DNA of 33,865 bases. It comes from Candidatus Moraniibacteriota bacterium. Lineage in GTDB: Bacteria; Patescibacteriota; Minisyncoccia; Moranbacterales; UBA9337. The notes under the pieces were generated by a model, which saw only the letters and a program-made list of their open reading frames with translations, was not told the DNA's origin and made no database searches. Position numbers and translations under genes: made by a program. Shown in pieces: positions 32,654 to 33,865 of this stretch; positions within the stretch are counted from its first letter, which is position 1, and each line of letters begins with the position of its first letter. The DNA lies in contig DOKP01000084.1 of the NCBI GenBank assembly GCA_003510795.1, positions 1 through 33,865 on the forward strand, given 5' to 3'.

Positions 32654-32707
32654 TCTTTTGACTAACTAGCCTGTAATCAACACTAGTTAGACAAAAGAAG
32701 ATTACAG
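32654..32707 (-). terminator. Nested inverted repeats between Int3 and the Rep-like gene
   Basis: tcttttgactaactag (32654-32669) pairs with ctagttagacaaaaga (32683-32698) with one mismatch. The loop segment ctgtaatc (32671-32678) is complementary to gattacag (32700-32707). Confidence 0.35.
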
Positions 32708-32726
32708 ATATTACGACTTTTACTCT

Positions 32727-33638
32727 TTACTTAAAATCAATATTCATAACTTCACTATGTGCTCGTTTTACTTCAGCAAAACTTGAATCTCCTAAATAAT
32801 ATCGCTCAGTGACCTGAGGTGAAGAGTGCCCCAAAAACTGCTGAACCGTAGATAAAGAAACCCCTTGATGAAACATATAGCTACTAGCGGAACGTCTTAG
32901 CGTATGTGGCGTGACTTTGAGTCCCACTTTTCGCCCTTGATTTCTTAGTGCTCTTTGCAAATCATTTATTTGCCACCTTTTTGGAGAACTGGAATTGTGA
33001 GTGCAAAATAGGCATTCATGATTATCTACTCTTTTTTCCAAATATTTCCCCAAATATTCAAGTGCAACTGAATTTAATATTTTTTTCTGAATTTTCCCTC
33101 CCTTAGTCCTAGTTTCAAATACTCCAGTTTGAAAATCAATATCTCTGTGATTAAGGGATAGCAACTCAGACACCCGACATCCGCAGGAAAAGAGACATAG
33201 AATTACAGTCTTTAACCTCAGCCTAGTTATACTACGTCTATCATCAATTGAATCTAATAGTCTTTGTATTTCTTCTTTTTTTAAGAACTCTATCTTTTTT
33301 CTCGGTTCTATAAATTTTTTAATTTTTACCGAGTCATAAACATCAATTCCCTCCTCATTTTTCACAAAAGATAACAAATTTCTCAAGACAACGAGATAAT
33401 GATTTTTTCGTGGAGGACTCAATCCCTTTAGGTTTAACTCTTTTTTTAATTTAGTTATAGAGTCAGCGTCAATCTTTCTGATATCTATATCTTCTAATAT
33501 TTTAATCACCCTAGGGGCAACTTCTATATATTTATTAATTGAACTCCACGCCAATTTCAAATTGGCACTTACATTATCGAAATATCGTTCAAAGCATTTC
33601 GAGAGCTTGTATTTTTCACTACTAAATAAAAACATCAT
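32727..33638 (-). CDS. Tyrosine recombinase / phage-type integrase (Int3), paralogous to Int1
   Basis: CGCRVSEL, HTLRRSA and LGHSSPQVTERYY. It is 303 aa and can be aligned by eye along its whole length with 7328..8239. Confidence 0.9.
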   Translation of the reverse strand: MMFLFSSEKYKLSKCFERYFDNVSANLKLAWSSINKYIEVAPRVIKILEDIDIRKIDADSITKLKKELNLKGLSPPRKNHYLVVLRNLLSFVKNEEGIDVYDSVKIKKFIEPRKKIEFLKKEEIQRLLDSIDDRRSITRLRLKTVILCLFSCGCRVSELLSLNHRDIDFQTGVFETRTKGGKIQKKILNSVALEYLGKYLEKRVDNHECLFCTHNSSSPKRWQINDLQRALRNQGRKVGLKVTPHTLRRSASSYMFHQGVSLSTVQQFLGHSSPQVTERYYLGDSSFAEVKRAHSEVMNIDFK

Positions 33639-33644
33639 TTTGAA

Positions 33645-33670
33645 ACAAAAAACACGGGGTTATCCCGTGT
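33645..33670 (-). terminator. Intrinsic terminator immediately upstream of the Int3 start codon
   Basis: On the minus strand, ACACGGG-auaac-CCCGUGU is followed by UUUUUGUUU. It ends about 8 nt before the ATG at 33638. Confidence 0.55.
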
Positions 33671-33684
33671 CCAAAAACAAAAAA

Positions 33685-33772
33685 CTTCAATATGTTGAGG
33701 CACAAAATAAACCACCTATGGTTGTGCTTCATTGTATTGAAGTCTTCTCTTAAAGAAATTCATTGTATTGAA
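33685..33772. repeat. Cluster of TTCA-N6-TGA(A/G) sites and a 21-nt imperfect inverted repeat
   Basis: ttcattgtattgaa is exact at 33728-33741 and 33759-33772. ttcaatatgttgag lies at 33687-33700. The arms 33685-33705 and 33722-33742 pair with 17 Watson-Crick pairs and 3 G-T pairs. An inverted partial copy, ccaatacaat, lies at the window end. Confidence 0.7.
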
Positions 33773-33810
33773 TTCCAACTTTTTCTGTTGTTAAAGTATT
33801 TAATACTTCT

Positions 33811-33838
33811 ATTTTACAGCATCTAGGATATCTGTCAA
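33811..33838 (-). promoter_or_regulatory. Near-consensus promoter about 170 nt upstream of Int3
   Basis: On the minus strand, TTGACA (33833-33838), a 16-nt spacer and TAAAAT (33811-33816). Confidence 0.5.
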
Positions 33839-33865
33839 TCCTCAGTCTCTTCCAATACAATATGT

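Larger units (their letters stand above)
25677..33838 (-). mobile_element. Integrase-bounded phage-like module (packaging, replication and methylase genes, no virion structural genes)
   Basis: Int3, Rep-like, Dam-like MTase, ParB-like, TerS, TerL, one hypothetical gene and Int2 are all co-directional. A candidate att or regulatory repeat cluster lies at the Int3 end. Confidence 0.5.

Noticed and set aside
1-33865. CRISPR arrays, rRNA genes, tRNA genes, IS transposases and reverse transcriptases
   Set aside because: I found no arrays of regularly spaced repeats. The only tandem repeat is the two-unit 24-mer at 32113. I saw no cloverleaf-like GC-rich 70-90-nt segments and no DDE transposase or RT motifs in any frame of the ORF track.
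1-33865. Alternative genetic code (UGA or UAG reassignment), as seen in some candidate-phyla lineages
   Set aside because: Long ORFs with complete motif sets (914, 636, 510 and 496 aa) read through uninterrupted under the standard code. All three stop codons are seen terminating supported genes.

Overview
This is a visibly AT-rich 33.9-kb window (GC not computed). It uses the standard genetic code, has GGAGG Shine-Dalgarno sites, and has near-consensus TTGACx-N16/17-TAnnAT promoters. From 6.7 kb to the end, every supported gene is on the minus strand. The gene content looks like a small-genome, Patescibacteria/CPR-like bacterium, but that is only an impression.

Layout:
- 0-6.7 kb: a frameshifted secreted caspase-like peptidase, two tandem Fic-family genes with HTH domains and operator-like repeats, a membrane-anchored protein, a secreted M23 peptidase and a secreted PKD-domain protein. 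Three families of short intergenic repeats are interspersed among them.
- 6.4-6.8 kb: a hairpin-rich, terminator-capped non-coding stretch.
- 7.3-8.2 kb: tyrosine recombinase 1.
- 8.3-25.5 kb: a dense co-directional island that looks like a defence island. It holds a macro-domain plus multi-zinc-ribbon pair, an AbiJ-like HEPN protein, XseB and an HRDC-XseA fusion, a 47-aa ORF, a NERD protein, a DUF2130-like coiled-coil nuclease, and a four-gene cassette (GIY-YIG/DUF4357 and others) bounded by a 22-nt exact direct repeat. It also holds a Type III R-M system (mod, res) with a PIN-like gene wedged between the subunits, and a promoter / structured RNA / terminator unit in front of a small PD-(D/E)xK-like gene and a membrane zinc-ribbon gene.
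- 25.7-33.6 kb: a phage-like module with recombinase 2, TerL, TerS, a ParB-like protein, a Dam-like methylase, a Rep-like protein and recombinase 3, but no capsid, portal or tail genes.
- 33.6 kb to end: a regulatory or att-like region next to recombinase 3.

I found no rRNA, tRNA or CRISPR array. All family assignments come from motifs read by eye. No searches were run.
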